This document shows, piece after piece, positions 19,577 through 29,954 of a stretch of 64,000 nt of DNA (position 1 is the stretch's first letter; every line of letters begins with the position of its first letter). The stretch is taken from assembly GCA_036274175.1 (NCBI GenBank), contig DASUGF010000083.1:79004-143003 (forward strand), given 5' to 3'. This DNA comes from Parafilimonas sp. GTDB taxonomy: Bacteria; Bacteroidota; Bacteroidia; Chitinophagales; Chitinophagaceae. A program made the translations under genes and the position numbers. The notes beneath the pieces are model-generated. The model saw only the letters and a list, made by a program, of their open reading frames with translations. It was not told where the DNA came from and ran no database searches.

Positions 19577-21091
19577 ATGAACTTAAAAATTGCGATACTT
19601 TTTCTTCTCTTTCTTTTTGAAAGTTTATATGTTATCTCGCAAAACAAGATAACAATCCAGATTTCAGCGAAACAAGAATTGGAAATCCCACCTTCCGGCA
19701 GAATATTTATTTATCTGTGTACCAATAATAAAATTGAGCCAAGATTTAGTATCAACCTGCAAAATCGAAATGAGTCAGGGATGGTCTTTGCAAAAGACGT
19801 TTATTGGAAGATAAAAGAGCCACTATCCATATCTGATAATGTAGTTGGTTTTCCTTTAAACTCATTGAGTAAAATAGATAGTGGAAATTACTTTCTGCAG
19901 GCATTGTATGATGCGGATACACTATCTTTCTCGACGGGTAATTTTTACAGTTTACCACTGCGGGTTCACATCAACAAAACAGGTAAACAGATTATAAAAA
20001 TCACCCTCGATAAGAAAATTGAATCGCCTGAAATTGCAAATTCTCAATACATCAGATACGTAAGAATTAAGAGTAAGTTATTGAGCGATTTCTGGCATCG
20101 CCCTTTTTATGTTCAGGCGGGTGTTTTGTTGCCATCGGATTATGATTCTCTTTCTGCAAAAAAGTATCCGGTAAGATATCATATTGGGGGAGGTTTCGAA
20201 CGGTTTTACCAGGTTGAAGAATGGTTTGCAGATTCATCATTTCAGCAACTATGGTTGTCCACCGAATCTCCTAAAATGCTAATGGTATTTCTTGACAGTG
20301 ATGCGCCTTTTGGTAATTCTTTTCAAATGAACTCTGAAAACAACGGTCCATTTAAAGATATGCTCCTCACTGAACTAATTCCTTTTATTGAAGAAAAGTT
20401 TCATGCGCTGGCAACACCTGAATCAAGATTTCTTGATGGCGGTTCGGATGGAGGATGGGTGGCATTGGCATTGCAAATATTTAATCCTGATTTCTTTAAC
20501 GGATGCTGGTCATTTTCTCCCGACCCTGTCAATTTTAAATTCTTTCAGTTGATTAATATTTATTCGGATAAAAACGCATTCATTAATCGCTTTGGAAATG
20601 AAAACATATGTTCACGGACAGTATATGGTGAACCGATGGCGACTGAACGTGATCTTGTAGATTTTGAAAATGTGTTAGGTCGATACAATACTTACATTAC
20701 TTCTAGCTTCGCATATGGAGAATTCAATGCAGTGTACAGTCCACGTGGATTAAATGGATTGCCAAAACCAATCTGGGACGCACACACGGGAATTATTGAT
20801 ACTGCTGTTGCCAATTGTTGGAAGCGCTGGGATTTGCAACTCTATCTTGAAAAAAATTGGAATACGGTTGGACCAAAACTACAGGGTAAACTGCACATTT
20901 GGATGGGAGACATGGACACTTATTATTTGAACACTTCCATGCGGTTGTTCCAGGATTTCCTTTCCAAAACAGAAAATCCGAAATCAGACGCACAAATTGT
21001 TTTTGGGGCCATGCAAACTCACAATTGGGAACCACCCATTTCAGGATTAGAGGAGATGCAACAAATGATGCAAAGGCTGACGCAAAAATGA
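19577..21091 (+). CDS. secreted hypothetical protein, esterase-D/enterochelin-esterase-like alpha/beta hydrolase (tentative)
   Basis: 504 aa with signal peptide. YPVRYHIGGGFE and LDGGSDGGWVALA form a GxSxG-like nucleophile elbow, reminiscent of the PF00756 putative esterase family. Confidence 0.4.
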   Translation: MNLKIAILFLLFLFESLYVISQNKITIQISAKQELEIPPSGRIFIYLCTNNKIEPRFSINLQNRNESGMVFAKDVYWKIKEPLSISDNVVGFPLNSLSKIDSGNYFLQALYDADTLSFSTGNFYSLPLRVHINKTGKQIIKITLDKKIESPEIANSQYIRYVRIKSKLLSDFWHRPFYVQAGVLLPSDYDSLSAKKYPVRYHIGGGFERFYQVEEWFADSSFQQLWLSTESPKMLMVFLDSDAPFGNSFQMNSENNGPFKDMLLTELIPFIEEKFHALATPESRFLDGGSDGGWVALALQIFNPDFFNGCWSFSPDPVNFKFFQLINIYSDKNAFINRFGNENICSRTVYGEPMATERDLVDFENVLGRYNTYITSSFAYGEFNAVYSPRGLNGLPKPIWDAHTGIIDTAVANCWKRWDLQLYLEKNWNTVGPKLQGKLHIWMGDMDTYYLNTSMRLFQDFLSKTENPKSDAQIVFGAMQTHNWEPPISGLEEMQQMMQRLTQK

Positions 21092-21354
21092 CATCAGGGT
21101 TTACGCAAACAAAATCATCTTTCTTTTTGTTTGACAAGGCATCCGCCAACAAAAGTATCCTTTGCGATATTAGGGGTAACGGAACGCAACATCAGCAACA
21201 GGAATTTTACTCAACTTCAGTTCTCGGCACAAATAATACTCTTGAACATTTGTAATTGAGTTCGGCAACACAAATAAATCAGCTTCGTTACCCGGCGTGA
21301 TGGAGCACAGAATGCCCTGCCATTGCAAATACCGGTTCAGTAACTGTAATTGAT

Positions 21355-21425
21355 AAGCCGGATCACAAAATCCCAAAATCCCGAAATCCCGAAATCCCGA
21401 AATCTCAAAATCCCGAAATCATAAA
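21355..21425. repeat. octamer tandem repeat (aatcccgaa)n
   Basis: cccaaaatcccgaaatcccgaaatcccgaaatctcaaaatcccgaaatc. It is the reverse complement of the 38315-38400 repeat (atttcgggatttgtggattttgagatt). Confidence 0.6.
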
Positions 21426-21523
21426 TTATTTGGCTTTATGGCGTAAATCACCTCTTAATTTGTCGTTTTTACACATGTTTCTTTTTGCATAACTGTTTAT
21501 GTTTGCTGTTAAATTTCAGCTAT

Positions 21524-21892
21524 ATGAAAATAACACCCGGCACTAAGTTTAAAGACACAGACGAATACATATCTGTTTTTCCCGAAGCCACACAAAAGAT
21601 TTTACAGCAATTAAGGAACACTATTAAAAAGGCAGCACCAAAGGCGGTGGAAGTGATCAGCTACAACATGCCGGCATTCAAACAAAATACCGTATTGGTT
21701 TATTTTGCCGGATATGACAAACATATCGGTTTTTATCCAACGCCATCGGCGTTGGATGCATTTAAAGAAGAAATCGCTGTGTATAAAAATTCCAAAGGCG
21801 CCGTTCAGTTTCCGCTTAATGAGCGCTTGCCCCTTGCATTGATCACCAAAATGGTAAAATTCAGGGTCGCCCGGGCGCAGGAAAAAAGCTAA
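21524..21892 (+). CDS. DUF1801 (YdhG-like) domain protein
   Basis: Matches the recalled DUF1801 pattern: DEYISVFPEATQKILQQLRNTIKKAAPKAVEVISYNMPAFKQNTVLVYFAGYDKHIGFYP. ATG 21524 is the preferred start; the ORF-track start at 21485 is in frame upstream. Confidence 0.6.
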   Translation: MKITPGTKFKDTDEYISVFPEATQKILQQLRNTIKKAAPKAVEVISYNMPAFKQNTVLVYFAGYDKHIGFYPTPSALDAFKEEIAVYKNSKGAVQFPLNERLPLALITKMVKFRVARAQEKS

Positions 21893-22013
21893 GTAGGAAG
21901 CGCCCGGTAAGGCAATTCCAGCTTGCTAACATATTTACTAACACAAGTTCATTTCATAATTTTTTACTTAGTGTTTACTTGCCGATATTCGCAGTTAGAA
22001 TTACACCACTATT

Positions 22014-23243
22014 ATGCGTCTTTCCTTCAATAACACAGAAACAGCATTTGCATATAAAACAAAAAAGGAACTACAGGGCGGGCGCTTTCTTTTTGGCACC
22101 ATGAACTATCCCTGGTTCGCGGCTATTGGTATCAGGCTCACCCCTTTTTTAATGAAGACAGGATTGCCGGTGCACGGTATAATACGCCAGACGATTTTTA
22201 AACAGTTTGTTGGTGGAGAAACCCTGGAACAGACAGCTATAGTCACCAAAAAATTAGGTAACTATAGCGTACAGGTTATCCTGGACTACGGCGTAGAAGC
22301 AAAGCAGGGAGAAGAAAATTTTGATGAAGCCCGGGACCAGTTTATCCGGGCAATAGAATATGCGGCCACTCAGCCTAATATCCCTTATATAAGCGTAAAA
22401 GTTACCGGTATTGCAAGATTTGGATTGCTGAAAACTTTAAACTCAGCTCCCCGCCTGCGTAGTGGCGTGCATGACCATGAAGAAGAAGGGGCTGAATGGG
22501 AAAGAGTGCGGGAACGCATGTATGATATCTGTGAAGTCGCCGCAGAAAAAAATATTGGTGTTTTAATAGATGCGGAAGAAAGCTGGATACAGGACCCGAT
22601 AGACCGGCTTTCTGTTGAAATGATGGAAATTTTCAACCGGGAGAAATGCATTGTATTTAATACCATACAACTTTACCGGCACGACCGGATGAACTTCCTG
22701 AGGATGTATCATAACATCTCAAGGCAAAGAGGGTTTATACTGGGTGTAAAAATCGTACGCGGCGCTTATATGGAAAAGGAAAGGGCCAGGGCTGAGCAAA
22801 AAGGTTATCCGTCACCCATACAACAGGATAAATCTTTTACTGACGGTGATTTTAATACAGCCGTGGAGTATTGCATCGATAACATTGATGAGATTGCTAC
22901 GGTGATCGCCACACACAACGAGTACAGCAACCTGCACGCAGCAGAACTGCTCGATGCGAAAGGTATCCCGCATAATCATCACCATATTCATTTCTCCCAG
23001 TTATATGGAATGAGTGACAATATCACCTTTAACCTGGCAAAAGCTGGTTATTCGGTCAGCAAATATTTGCCCTTTGGACCTATACGCGATGTAATTCCTT
23101 ATCTCATGCGCCGTGCACAGGAAAACAGCAGCATCAACGGGCAAACCAGCCGTGAGCTGTTACTTATTAAAAGTGAGTTAAAGCGCCGGGCTAAAGCGGC
23201 TAAAGAGGTAAAATCCAAAAAGGGACAGGTGGAGGTATCTTAA
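22014..23243 (+). CDS. proline dehydrogenase (monofunctional PutA-like)
   Basis: 409 aa. (beta/alpha)8 proline dehydrogenase blocks (VKVTGIARFG, DAEESWIQD, IATHNE, YLMRRAQENSS). Confidence 0.75.
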   Translation: MRLSFNNTETAFAYKTKKELQGGRFLFGTMNYPWFAAIGIRLTPFLMKTGLPVHGIIRQTIFKQFVGGETLEQTAIVTKKLGNYSVQVILDYGVEAKQGEENFDEARDQFIRAIEYAATQPNIPYISVKVTGIARFGLLKTLNSAPRLRSGVHDHEEEGAEWERVRERMYDICEVAAEKNIGVLIDAEESWIQDPIDRLSVEMMEIFNREKCIVFNTIQLYRHDRMNFLRMYHNISRQRGFILGVKIVRGAYMEKERARAEQKGYPSPIQQDKSFTDGDFNTAVEYCIDNIDEIATVIATHNEYSNLHAAELLDAKGIPHNHHHIHFSQLYGMSDNITFNLAKAGYSVSKYLPFGPIRDVIPYLMRRAQENSSINGQTSRELLLIKSELKRRAKAAKEVKSKKGQVEVS

Positions 23244-23320
23244 CAATTTGGCTGATTATTTCTTCCATTTAATTCAACCCCGCCAATTATCTTCGCGCCC
23301 AATAAAAGTTCTTCGAAGGG

Positions 23321-24253
23321 ATGATAACGCGTAGAAATATCCGGGTAAAAGTAATGCAGGTTCTGTACCAGGTGGAAAGTGGTCAAACCACTGCCGATGT
23401 TGACGCCATTAAAATTCTCGAAAGCAGCCTGGATCAAACACCCCGACTTTTAACATACCTGATTTATTTTCTTACTGAAGTAGCACGCTACGCAGAAAAA
23501 GATGCTAACATCAAAGCTTCCAGGCACCTGGTCACTGAAGAAGACAAGAATATCAATACCAGGATCGCAGGCAATACGATTCTTTGGTCGCTGCTTGAAA
23601 ATCATTCCTACAGGCAGGCGATGGCGGTATACAAGTTCAGCTTCGATAATACTGAAGATCTTGTTCGCAAAATATATGAAGGATTGGTGGCTTCAGAACA
23701 ATACAAACAATATACACAGCAGCAGGGCCGCGACAATAAAAATGAAAAAGAAATTTTATTATTTATTTTTTCTGACCTGATGTTGCCCAGTGAGGCATTT
23801 GTTTCCCATATAGAAGAAAATTTTACTAATTGGGATGATGATGCTGAAATGCTGGTTTCGCTGATTCCCGGTTTTATACAGAAACCATCTGCGTTAAGCC
23901 TGCAGCAAATGCCTGATGCAGAAAAAAAGACCTTCGCGAAGGAATTGCTGCAAACAGTTATCAACAAAAAAGATCATGTTACCGAGTTGATAAAGGTGCG
24001 TTTAAAGAACTGGGATCCCGACCGTATTGCCGTTCTGGACATGATATTAATGCAGATGGGTGTTTGTGAGTTTTTATATTTCCCTACCATTCCACCCAAG
24101 GTGACCATTAATGAATATATTGACCTCGCAAAAGACTATAGTACGGCCCAAAGCGGCCATTTTGTGAATGGCATCCTGGATGGCATTCATAAGGACCTGG
24201 TAGCCAATAATAAAATTTTTAAAACAGACTTTAAATCAAAAAAGACAAACTGA
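23321..24253 (+). CDS. nusB: transcription antitermination factor NusB (long Bacteroidetes form)
   Basis: N-terminus RRNIRVKVMQVLYQVE and C-terminus DYSTAQSGHFVNGILDGI are NusB-like. The downstream context of yajC and coaE fits. Confidence 0.7.
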   Translation: MITRRNIRVKVMQVLYQVESGQTTADVDAIKILESSLDQTPRLLTYLIYFLTEVARYAEKDANIKASRHLVTEEDKNINTRIAGNTILWSLLENHSYRQAMAVYKFSFDNTEDLVRKIYEGLVASEQYKQYTQQQGRDNKNEKEILLFIFSDLMLPSEAFVSHIEENFTNWDDDAEMLVSLIPGFIQKPSALSLQQMPDAEKKTFAKELLQTVINKKDHVTELIKVRLKNWDPDRIAVLDMILMQMGVCEFLYFPTIPPKVTINEYIDLAKDYSTAQSGHFVNGILDGIHKDLVANNKIFKTDFKSKKTN

Positions 24254-24278
24254 TAAAGCGTTACCTTCGCGCCGTTTT

Positions 24279-24734
24279 ATGAAACAGTTATTATTTTTCC
24301 TTCTCATAAGCAGCTTCATAGCAATTTCATGCAATAATGCAGAAAATGCAACCACTGACATTGAAAGCGTTAGAAAGGATTCTTCAAAATTCACTACGAT
24401 AGAGTGGCTTGATACTGCGGTTGATTTTGGTTCAAAGAAAATGGGTGAAGTTGTAAATATCACATTCCGGTGCAAAAATACCGGCGACAAACCCCTGTAT
24501 TTGTATGATGTTCACCCAAGTTGCGGTTGCACCCTGGCTGATTATACAAAAGAACCCATAGCTCCCGGTAAAGAAGGAAAAATTGATGCACAGTTTGACA
24601 CTAAGAAGAGTCACCCGGGAGAGGTGCATAAATCTGTATCAGTGAGTGCCAACAACAGTAATTATGCTCCATCTTCGCTTAAATTTTCCGGTGTGGTGCT
24701 GCCGGCAGATTCTGCAACTACAGCAAATAGATAA
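24279..24734 (+). CDS. DUF1573 domain lipoprotein
   Basis: Signal peptide ending SCNN, then the DUF1573 core IEWLDTAVDFGSKKMGEVVNITFRCKNTGDKPLYLYDVHPSCGCT. Confidence 0.65.
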   Translation: MKQLLFFLLISSFIAISCNNAENATTDIESVRKDSSKFTTIEWLDTAVDFGSKKMGEVVNITFRCKNTGDKPLYLYDVHPSCGCTLADYTKEPIAPGKEGKIDAQFDTKKSHPGEVHKSVSVSANNSNYAPSSLKFSGVVLPADSATTANR

Positions 24735-24765
24735 TACCTAATTTTTACAAATCAATAATTGAACA

Positions 24766-25119
24766 ATGACACAAATGCTTTCCGTTTTTTTAATGGCTCC
24801 GCCTGATGGCCAGGGTGGCGGCGGCTCTTTTCAGCTTATCATGCTTGGCGCGATCATCCTCGTGTTCTGGTTATTTATGATTCGTCCGCAGGCCAAAAAG
24901 GCAAAGGACCAGAAAAAGTTTATAGAGAATCTTCAGAAAGGCGATAAGATCGTAACCATAGCTGGCATACACGGCACCATCAATAGGGTTAATGAAGATA
25001 ATACGCTGCAGTTGGAAACCAATCCCGGCAGTTATATGAAAATTGAAAAATCTGCGATCAGCATGGAATGGACACAACAATTAAATAAGTCCACTTCAGT
25101 TGAAGCAGAAAAGAAATAA
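24766..25119 (+). CDS. yajC: preprotein translocase subunit YajC
   Basis: 117 aa with one TM helix, then KGDKIVTIAGIHGTINRVNEDNTLQLETNPGSYMKIEKSAI, a YajC-like C-terminal fold. Confidence 0.7.
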   Translation: MTQMLSVFLMAPPDGQGGGGSFQLIMLGAIILVFWLFMIRPQAKKAKDQKKFIENLQKGDKIVTIAGIHGTINRVNEDNTLQLETNPGSYMKIEKSAISMEWTQQLNKSTSVEAEKK

Positions 25120-25125
25120 TGTAAA

Positions 25126-25170
25126 CTTTGTTGAATGTAATATCCGGAATTCGAAAGAGCTCCGGATTTT
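25126..25170 (+). terminator. rho-independent terminator after yajC
   Basis: aatccgga-attcgaaagagc-tccggatt stem, followed by ttatttttg. Confidence 0.5.
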
Positions 25171-25270
25171 ATTTTTGTACTGATGGTCAGGCGCTTCAAA
25201 AAGCGCCAGGCCGGAGAAAGCTGATAACAGCCTGATGGTTGTAACTGTCTGATCACAAACACACCTAGGC

Positions 25271-25867
25271 ATGCTCAAAATAGGATTAACCGGCGGGATG
25301 GGTAGTGGAAAAACAACTGTATCCAGGATCTTTTCCGTTCTTGGTATTCCTGTTTTTTATGCGGATGATATTGCTAAAACGATCATGAATGAAGATGAGA
25401 GCCTAAAACAAAACCTCATTCATTTATTCGGGAATGAAGCTTACATCAACGGCCAGCTTAACAGGAAATATATTGCCTCGATTGTTTTTAATAACAAGTA
25501 TAAGTTAGACCAGTTAAATGCATTGGTGCATCCCGTAACCATTGCGGCTGCTGATAAATGGATAAGTGAACAAACAACAACTTATGTTATTAAAGAAGCT
25601 GCTTTGATGTTTGAAGCCGGCGCTGCAGCACATCTTGATTATGTGATCGGCGTGTATGCACCGCAGCATCTGCGTTTGCAACGGGTAATGCATCGCGATA
25701 GCGCCAACCGTGAAGATGTTTTGGCAAGAATGAACAGGCAGATTGATGAAACGATTAAAATGAAGCTATGTGATTTTGTAGTGGTGAATGACGGGCAACA
25801 GGCAATATTGCCACAGGTTTTATCGCTGCACGAAAAATTTTTAAATATGGTGGAGCAGCATCAATGA
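25271..25867 (+). CDS. coaE: dephospho-CoA kinase
   Basis: MLKIGLTGGMGSGKTTVSRIF P-loop and the CoaE layout; 198 aa. Confidence 0.9.
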   Translation: MLKIGLTGGMGSGKTTVSRIFSVLGIPVFYADDIAKTIMNEDESLKQNLIHLFGNEAYINGQLNRKYIASIVFNNKYKLDQLNALVHPVTIAAADKWISEQTTTYVIKEAALMFEAGAAAHLDYVIGVYAPQHLRLQRVMHRDSANREDVLARMNRQIDETIKMKLCDFVVVNDGQQAILPQVLSLHEKFLNMVEQHQ

Positions 25868-26559
25868 ATTTTCGAAAAAGGTTCATTTGTGATGCGGTAT
25901 GATCTCCAGTCTTTGTAATCAAAATGCCACCATTCATATTCATACACGGTAAAACCCTGCGCTTCCATTTTTGAGCGAAGCAGGTCGCGCATCTTTCTTT
26001 GCTGTTCAGTGCCACCGGCATAATTTGGGTAAGACCGTTCTGTCATCTCATCATAACTGCCCGTCATTCCGATCTCCTTTCCTGTTTTGAGGTCATACAA
26101 GCTCAGGTCAACAGCACAGCCGCGATTATGCCTTGAACCCTTGGCAGGATCTGCCACGAATTGCTTTTTATCATTGGGTGTTATGTCCCAAAACAGTTTG
26201 GTAACACTCCATGGCCGGTAACCATCAAACACAAGCAAACCATAACCCAGGGGCTTCAGTGATGCATTAGCCCTAACCAATGCTTCTGCCGCAGGCCTTT
26301 GCAAAAAAGCCCTTGCTTCTTTATAAACAGGCTTTCCCGCAAAATTATTTTTGGTAGCATACCGTATATCTAAATGTATAGATGTATCAAGCTTGACTAG
26401 TTCAACTAAATCGGTGGGCTTAAACTCTCCGGTCTCCTGCGGAGGTTGAGACTTGCAGCTACTAATGGAAATGGATACAAACGTTATGAATATTAAATGC
26501 AGTAGTTTCATTTTAATTTTTTTTCTGATCATACAAGACACCTGCAATTTACTTACCAT
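25861..26559 (-). CDS. M15 D-Ala-D-Ala dipeptidase (VanX-like) lipoprotein
   Basis: FDGYRPWSVTKLFW...GSRHNRGCAVDLSLYD (SxHxxGxAxD zinc motif). The lipoprotein-type start MKLLHLIFITFVSISISSC suggests the true start is at 26511. Confidence 0.75.
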   Translation of the reverse strand: MVSKLQVSCMIRKKIKMKLLHLIFITFVSISISSCKSQPPQETGEFKPTDLVELVKLDTSIHLDIRYATKNNFAGKPVYKEARAFLQRPAAEALVRANASLKPLGYGLLVFDGYRPWSVTKLFWDITPNDKKQFVADPAKGSRHNRGCAVDLSLYDLKTGKEIGMTGSYDEMTERSYPNYAGGTEQQRKMRDLLRSKMEAQGFTVYEYEWWHFDYKDWRSYRITNEPFSKIH

Positions 26560-26624
26560 TCACAACTTACCATTCCAATCATCATAACCCATCTCAAATT
26601 TTATTTCCCCTTTACCATGAACAC

Positions 26625-26999
26625 CTACTTTTTCCAGCCAGCTTTGCGATAGAATGTTTCTGCTCTTGTGCCGGGAGCTGTTCCTAACCAAACGGTTTCT
26701 TTTGTTTGATCAAAATGCCAGTGAAGCATCATATCATGCAGCTTTTTTCCAATGCCATTATGCTCAAAATCAGGATGTACAAACAAAGCCCGGATATTCT
26801 TGTCTTTTAAATTAACAATAGAAAAACCAACCAACCTGTTTTCAATTATGCAAGCCCGGCCTTTACCTTTTTGCGTTAAATAGTCTTTGCAATCTTTATC
26901 CGTTACCAAAGCAGGATCGCTAAACATATTCTCTTTTACAGAATTTCTTACCAGTTGTATTTGAGGTATGTCTTCAATGGTCGCTTCGCGGAAGATCAT
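26625..26999 (-). CDS. GNAT family N-acetyltransferase
   Basis: RACIIENRLVGFSIVNLKDKNIRALFVHPDFEHNGIGKKL is an acetyl-CoA binding motif. Start MIFREATIEDI at 26999 overlaps the stop of the upstream gene by 4 nt. Confidence 0.6.
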   Translation of the reverse strand: MIFREATIEDIPQIQLVRNSVKENMFSDPALVTDKDCKDYLTQKGKGRACIIENRLVGFSIVNLKDKNIRALFVHPDFEHNGIGKKLHDMMLHWHFDQTKETVWLGTAPGTRAETFYRKAGWKK

Positions 27000-27499
27000 T
27001 TCTTTTTTTGTTTGATATTTTTCCCGGGTGCTGATTTTTTTATTGCTCTCTTTTTGGCTGAGATAGATTTTACTATTGTTTCTCCGTTGCATATTTGCTT
27101 TTTATCTATCACTTTTGCCAGTGAATTTGCATAAGCATCTTTCAGCAATTTTTTGATATAGGTTTTTGGAAACTTGCTGATGTCTTCAACCAAAATATAC
27201 CTGTACTGATTGCCTTCACCGATAAGTTTTTTTTCAGGATCGGCAATCTCACTTCCCCGGTAAAAGCCGAAGTGAACATTATAGCTTGTTCTTCCAACCG
27301 CTATCGAACAGAACGTATGGCCAACTCTATCGGTGGGTGACCAGCCAAACGCCAATGCATTGTAATTATCATAGATCAACTCGTTGCATTGCGGGTACAA
27401 ACCCCAAACAAAATCTCTTAGCCACAAAGCTGTTTGTTGTTTTTCTTCCGGGTAAACCGAAAGAAATTGCAGCAGGTCTGTTTTTTGATCTTTGCTCAT
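26996..27499 (-). CDS. DUF1801-like domain protein (tentative)
   Basis: 167 aa (LQFLSVYPEEKQQTALWLRDFVWGLYPQCNELIYDNYNALAFGW). Resembles the YdhG/DUF1801 superfamily with a Lys-rich tail. Operonic with the GNAT gene. Confidence 0.35.
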   Translation of the reverse strand: MSKDQKTDLLQFLSVYPEEKQQTALWLRDFVWGLYPQCNELIYDNYNALAFGWSPTDRVGHTFCSIAVGRTSYNVHFGFYRGSEIADPEKKLIGEGNQYRYILVEDISKFPKTYIKKLLKDAYANSLAKVIDKKQICNGETIVKSISAKKRAIKKSAPGKNIKQKKK

Positions 27500-27777
27500 A
27501 ATAATTATCGGTTTATTTCAATCAATAAAACCAGGCAGCAATGATAGATTTAATATTGCTTATAACAAAAGCAGCAACAGCAAAATAAAAGCCTTGTTCA
27601 TTATTAAGCGGTAAAAGTATTGCTGCGATAATAATACAACAGTGAAAGAAAATAATAAAAGGACAACAAGTGTTGTTTGATCATGATAATAAAACTAATA
27701 CGCCTGATTTTTTATCAAACACAAGCTTTAGTTAAACTAATATTGCGTTAATAACTACCAATCATCTTTTTTTAGTT

Positions 27778-29910
27778 ATGCAATCAATGATTAAAAACAT
27801 CGCCAAACAACACTTTATTTTACTGTTCATTTTTGCCAATATAGTAAGTGGAGCCCAAACAAATGTTTCCAAAAAAAGTGAAGCAATAGCCACTTCAACC
27901 TGGATAGCAGATAATGGCAATGGAACTTTTTCCAACCCGCTTTTTTATGATGAATTTTCTGATCCTGACCTGATACGTGTCGGAGATGATTATTATCTCA
28001 CCGGTACCACCATGCATGTCGTGCCCGGGCTGCCGGTATTGCATTCAAAAGACCTGGTGAACTGGGAGTTCTTAACCTATGCAGTGAATAAACTTGACTT
28101 CGGTCCGGCTTATCGTCTTGAAGAAGGAAAAGATATTTACGGACAAGGCATCTGGGCGCCATGCCTGCGTTATCATAATGGCAGGTTTTATATCTTCTCC
28201 AATGTGAATGGACAAACTACGCAACTGTTCACAGCAACCAACCCGCGAGGTCCGTGGACACAAACTTCTATGAAAAAATCAATGCATGATCTGTCGGTGC
28301 TTTTTGATGATGACGGAAAAGTGTATGTGATTTGGGGTTATGATGAAGTGCATATGGCTGAGCTTACTGAGGATTTACTTGACATAAAACCAGGCAGTGA
28401 AAAAATAATTGTATCAAAAGGAAGTGGCGCAGGCGAGGGTAGCCATTTTTATAAAATCAATGGCAAATATTATATCACCAATACTAACTACGACCCCGTA
28501 TGTTACCAGGTTTGTTTACGTGCCGATAAACCGGAAGGACCGTATGAAATAAATGTAATGAGTGCAGAAGAAAACCTTGGCGTTGGTACAAGCTGGCAAT
28601 CGAGGGATTATAAAAACGGGCCGCCATTTAAACTAATATCGCCGGCAACAAATTATGTGGGATGTATCACATTGCACCAGGGTGGAATTGTGCAAACACA
28701 AACCGGTGAATGGTGGGGATGGTCGATGATGGATCATAATGCTGTTGGGCGTCTTACAACTTTATCGCCTGTTACCTGGAAAGATGAATGGCCTTATTTT
28801 GGCTTGCCGGGAAACTTAACCCGATCGCCACGTACGTGGAGAAAACCGAATACCGGTTTTTCTTCACCGCCACACGCACCGTATGAACGCTCCGACGATT
28901 TTTCCACCAATGCTTTACAACCTGTGTGGCAATGGAATCATGTACCTGTTGATAATAAATGGTCAATTACTGAAAGAAAAGGTTTTTTACGCTTGCATGC
29001 ATTGCCTGCAAAAGATTTCTGGCTTGCACATAATTCTTTAACACAGCGCGCTATTGGTCCTGAATCGATTGTGACCACCGAGTTAGATGCGAGTGGATTA
29101 AAGGCTGGCGATATTGCAGGACTTGCCTTGCTTAATCTTCCATACGCATGGATCAGCGTGAGCAAAAAAGCAAACGCTGTTGAGCTAAAGCAATTTGATC
29201 AGCAGGTAAATAATATCATGACAGCACTATTGGCAACTGCACATGTTTGGCTAAGAGTGCATTGCAATTTTGATGTGAACAAAGCCTTATTCAGTTACAG
29301 TACAGACGGCGTCAATTTTAACACAATCGGCGATTCAGTGATCATCCCTTTTCAACTTCGAACTTTTCAGGGCGTACGTTTTACACTTTTTAATTTCAAC
29401 ACATCGGGTACAGAAGGTGGTTATGCCGACTTTAATAATTTCATTGTGCAAGAGCCTCGTTCAAAGGGATTGACAAAACCCATCCCGGATAAAAAGATCA
29501 TCAAATTAATAAGTCTGGCTGACAGCACTGTATTGGTGAACTGGAAAGATTTCGTTCGCCCCGTTGCCGTTACAGACAATTTCGCGCAGGGCAATACTTC
29601 TCATTTCCGTGTACTGGATCGGGGTGATGGAAGGGTCGCATTGCAATCTGTAGCAGACAACGGTTTTGTTACTGTAAAAAATAATGGCGGTATGGCTGAA
29701 GTAAGAATAGAACAAAAGGAACAAGGAGATGCTTCGTTGTTTCAATGGGTAGATATGTTACAGGGCGATCTTATGCTCATGTCACTTACTACACACCGGT
29801 ATTTATTCGCTGAACCAGACGCCAAAAATCTCGCCGCAGCAGATGCAAAAGGCACACGCCCAGACCGGAAAGATGGTGCTTGCTTTACATGGACGATAGT
29901 AAATGAATGA
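27778..29910 (+). CDS. secreted glycoside hydrolase family 43 (beta-xylosidase/alpha-L-arabinofuranosidase type) with C-terminal beta-sandwich domain
   Basis: Signal peptide, then DPDLIRVGDDYYLTGTTMH (GH43 catalytic Asp block), GIWAPCLRYHNGRFYIF and EGSHFYKINGKYYI blades. 710 aa. Confidence 0.8.
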   Translation: MQSMIKNIAKQHFILLFIFANIVSGAQTNVSKKSEAIATSTWIADNGNGTFSNPLFYDEFSDPDLIRVGDDYYLTGTTMHVVPGLPVLHSKDLVNWEFLTYAVNKLDFGPAYRLEEGKDIYGQGIWAPCLRYHNGRFYIFSNVNGQTTQLFTATNPRGPWTQTSMKKSMHDLSVLFDDDGKVYVIWGYDEVHMAELTEDLLDIKPGSEKIIVSKGSGAGEGSHFYKINGKYYITNTNYDPVCYQVCLRADKPEGPYEINVMSAEENLGVGTSWQSRDYKNGPPFKLISPATNYVGCITLHQGGIVQTQTGEWWGWSMMDHNAVGRLTTLSPVTWKDEWPYFGLPGNLTRSPRTWRKPNTGFSSPPHAPYERSDDFSTNALQPVWQWNHVPVDNKWSITERKGFLRLHALPAKDFWLAHNSLTQRAIGPESIVTTELDASGLKAGDIAGLALLNLPYAWISVSKKANAVELKQFDQQVNNIMTALLATAHVWLRVHCNFDVNKALFSYSTDGVNFNTIGDSVIIPFQLRTFQGVRFTLFNFNTSGTEGGYADFNNFIVQEPRSKGLTKPIPDKKIIKLISLADSTVLVNWKDFVRPVAVTDNFAQGNTSHFRVLDRGDGRVALQSVADNGFVTVKNNGGMAEVRIEQKEQGDASLFQWVDMLQGDLMLMSLTTHRYLFAEPDAKNLAAADAKGTRPDRKDGACFTWTIVNE

Positions 29911-29954
29911 GCTTTGCAGCGATGTATAAGTAAATGGCCTTACAGAAACGTTCA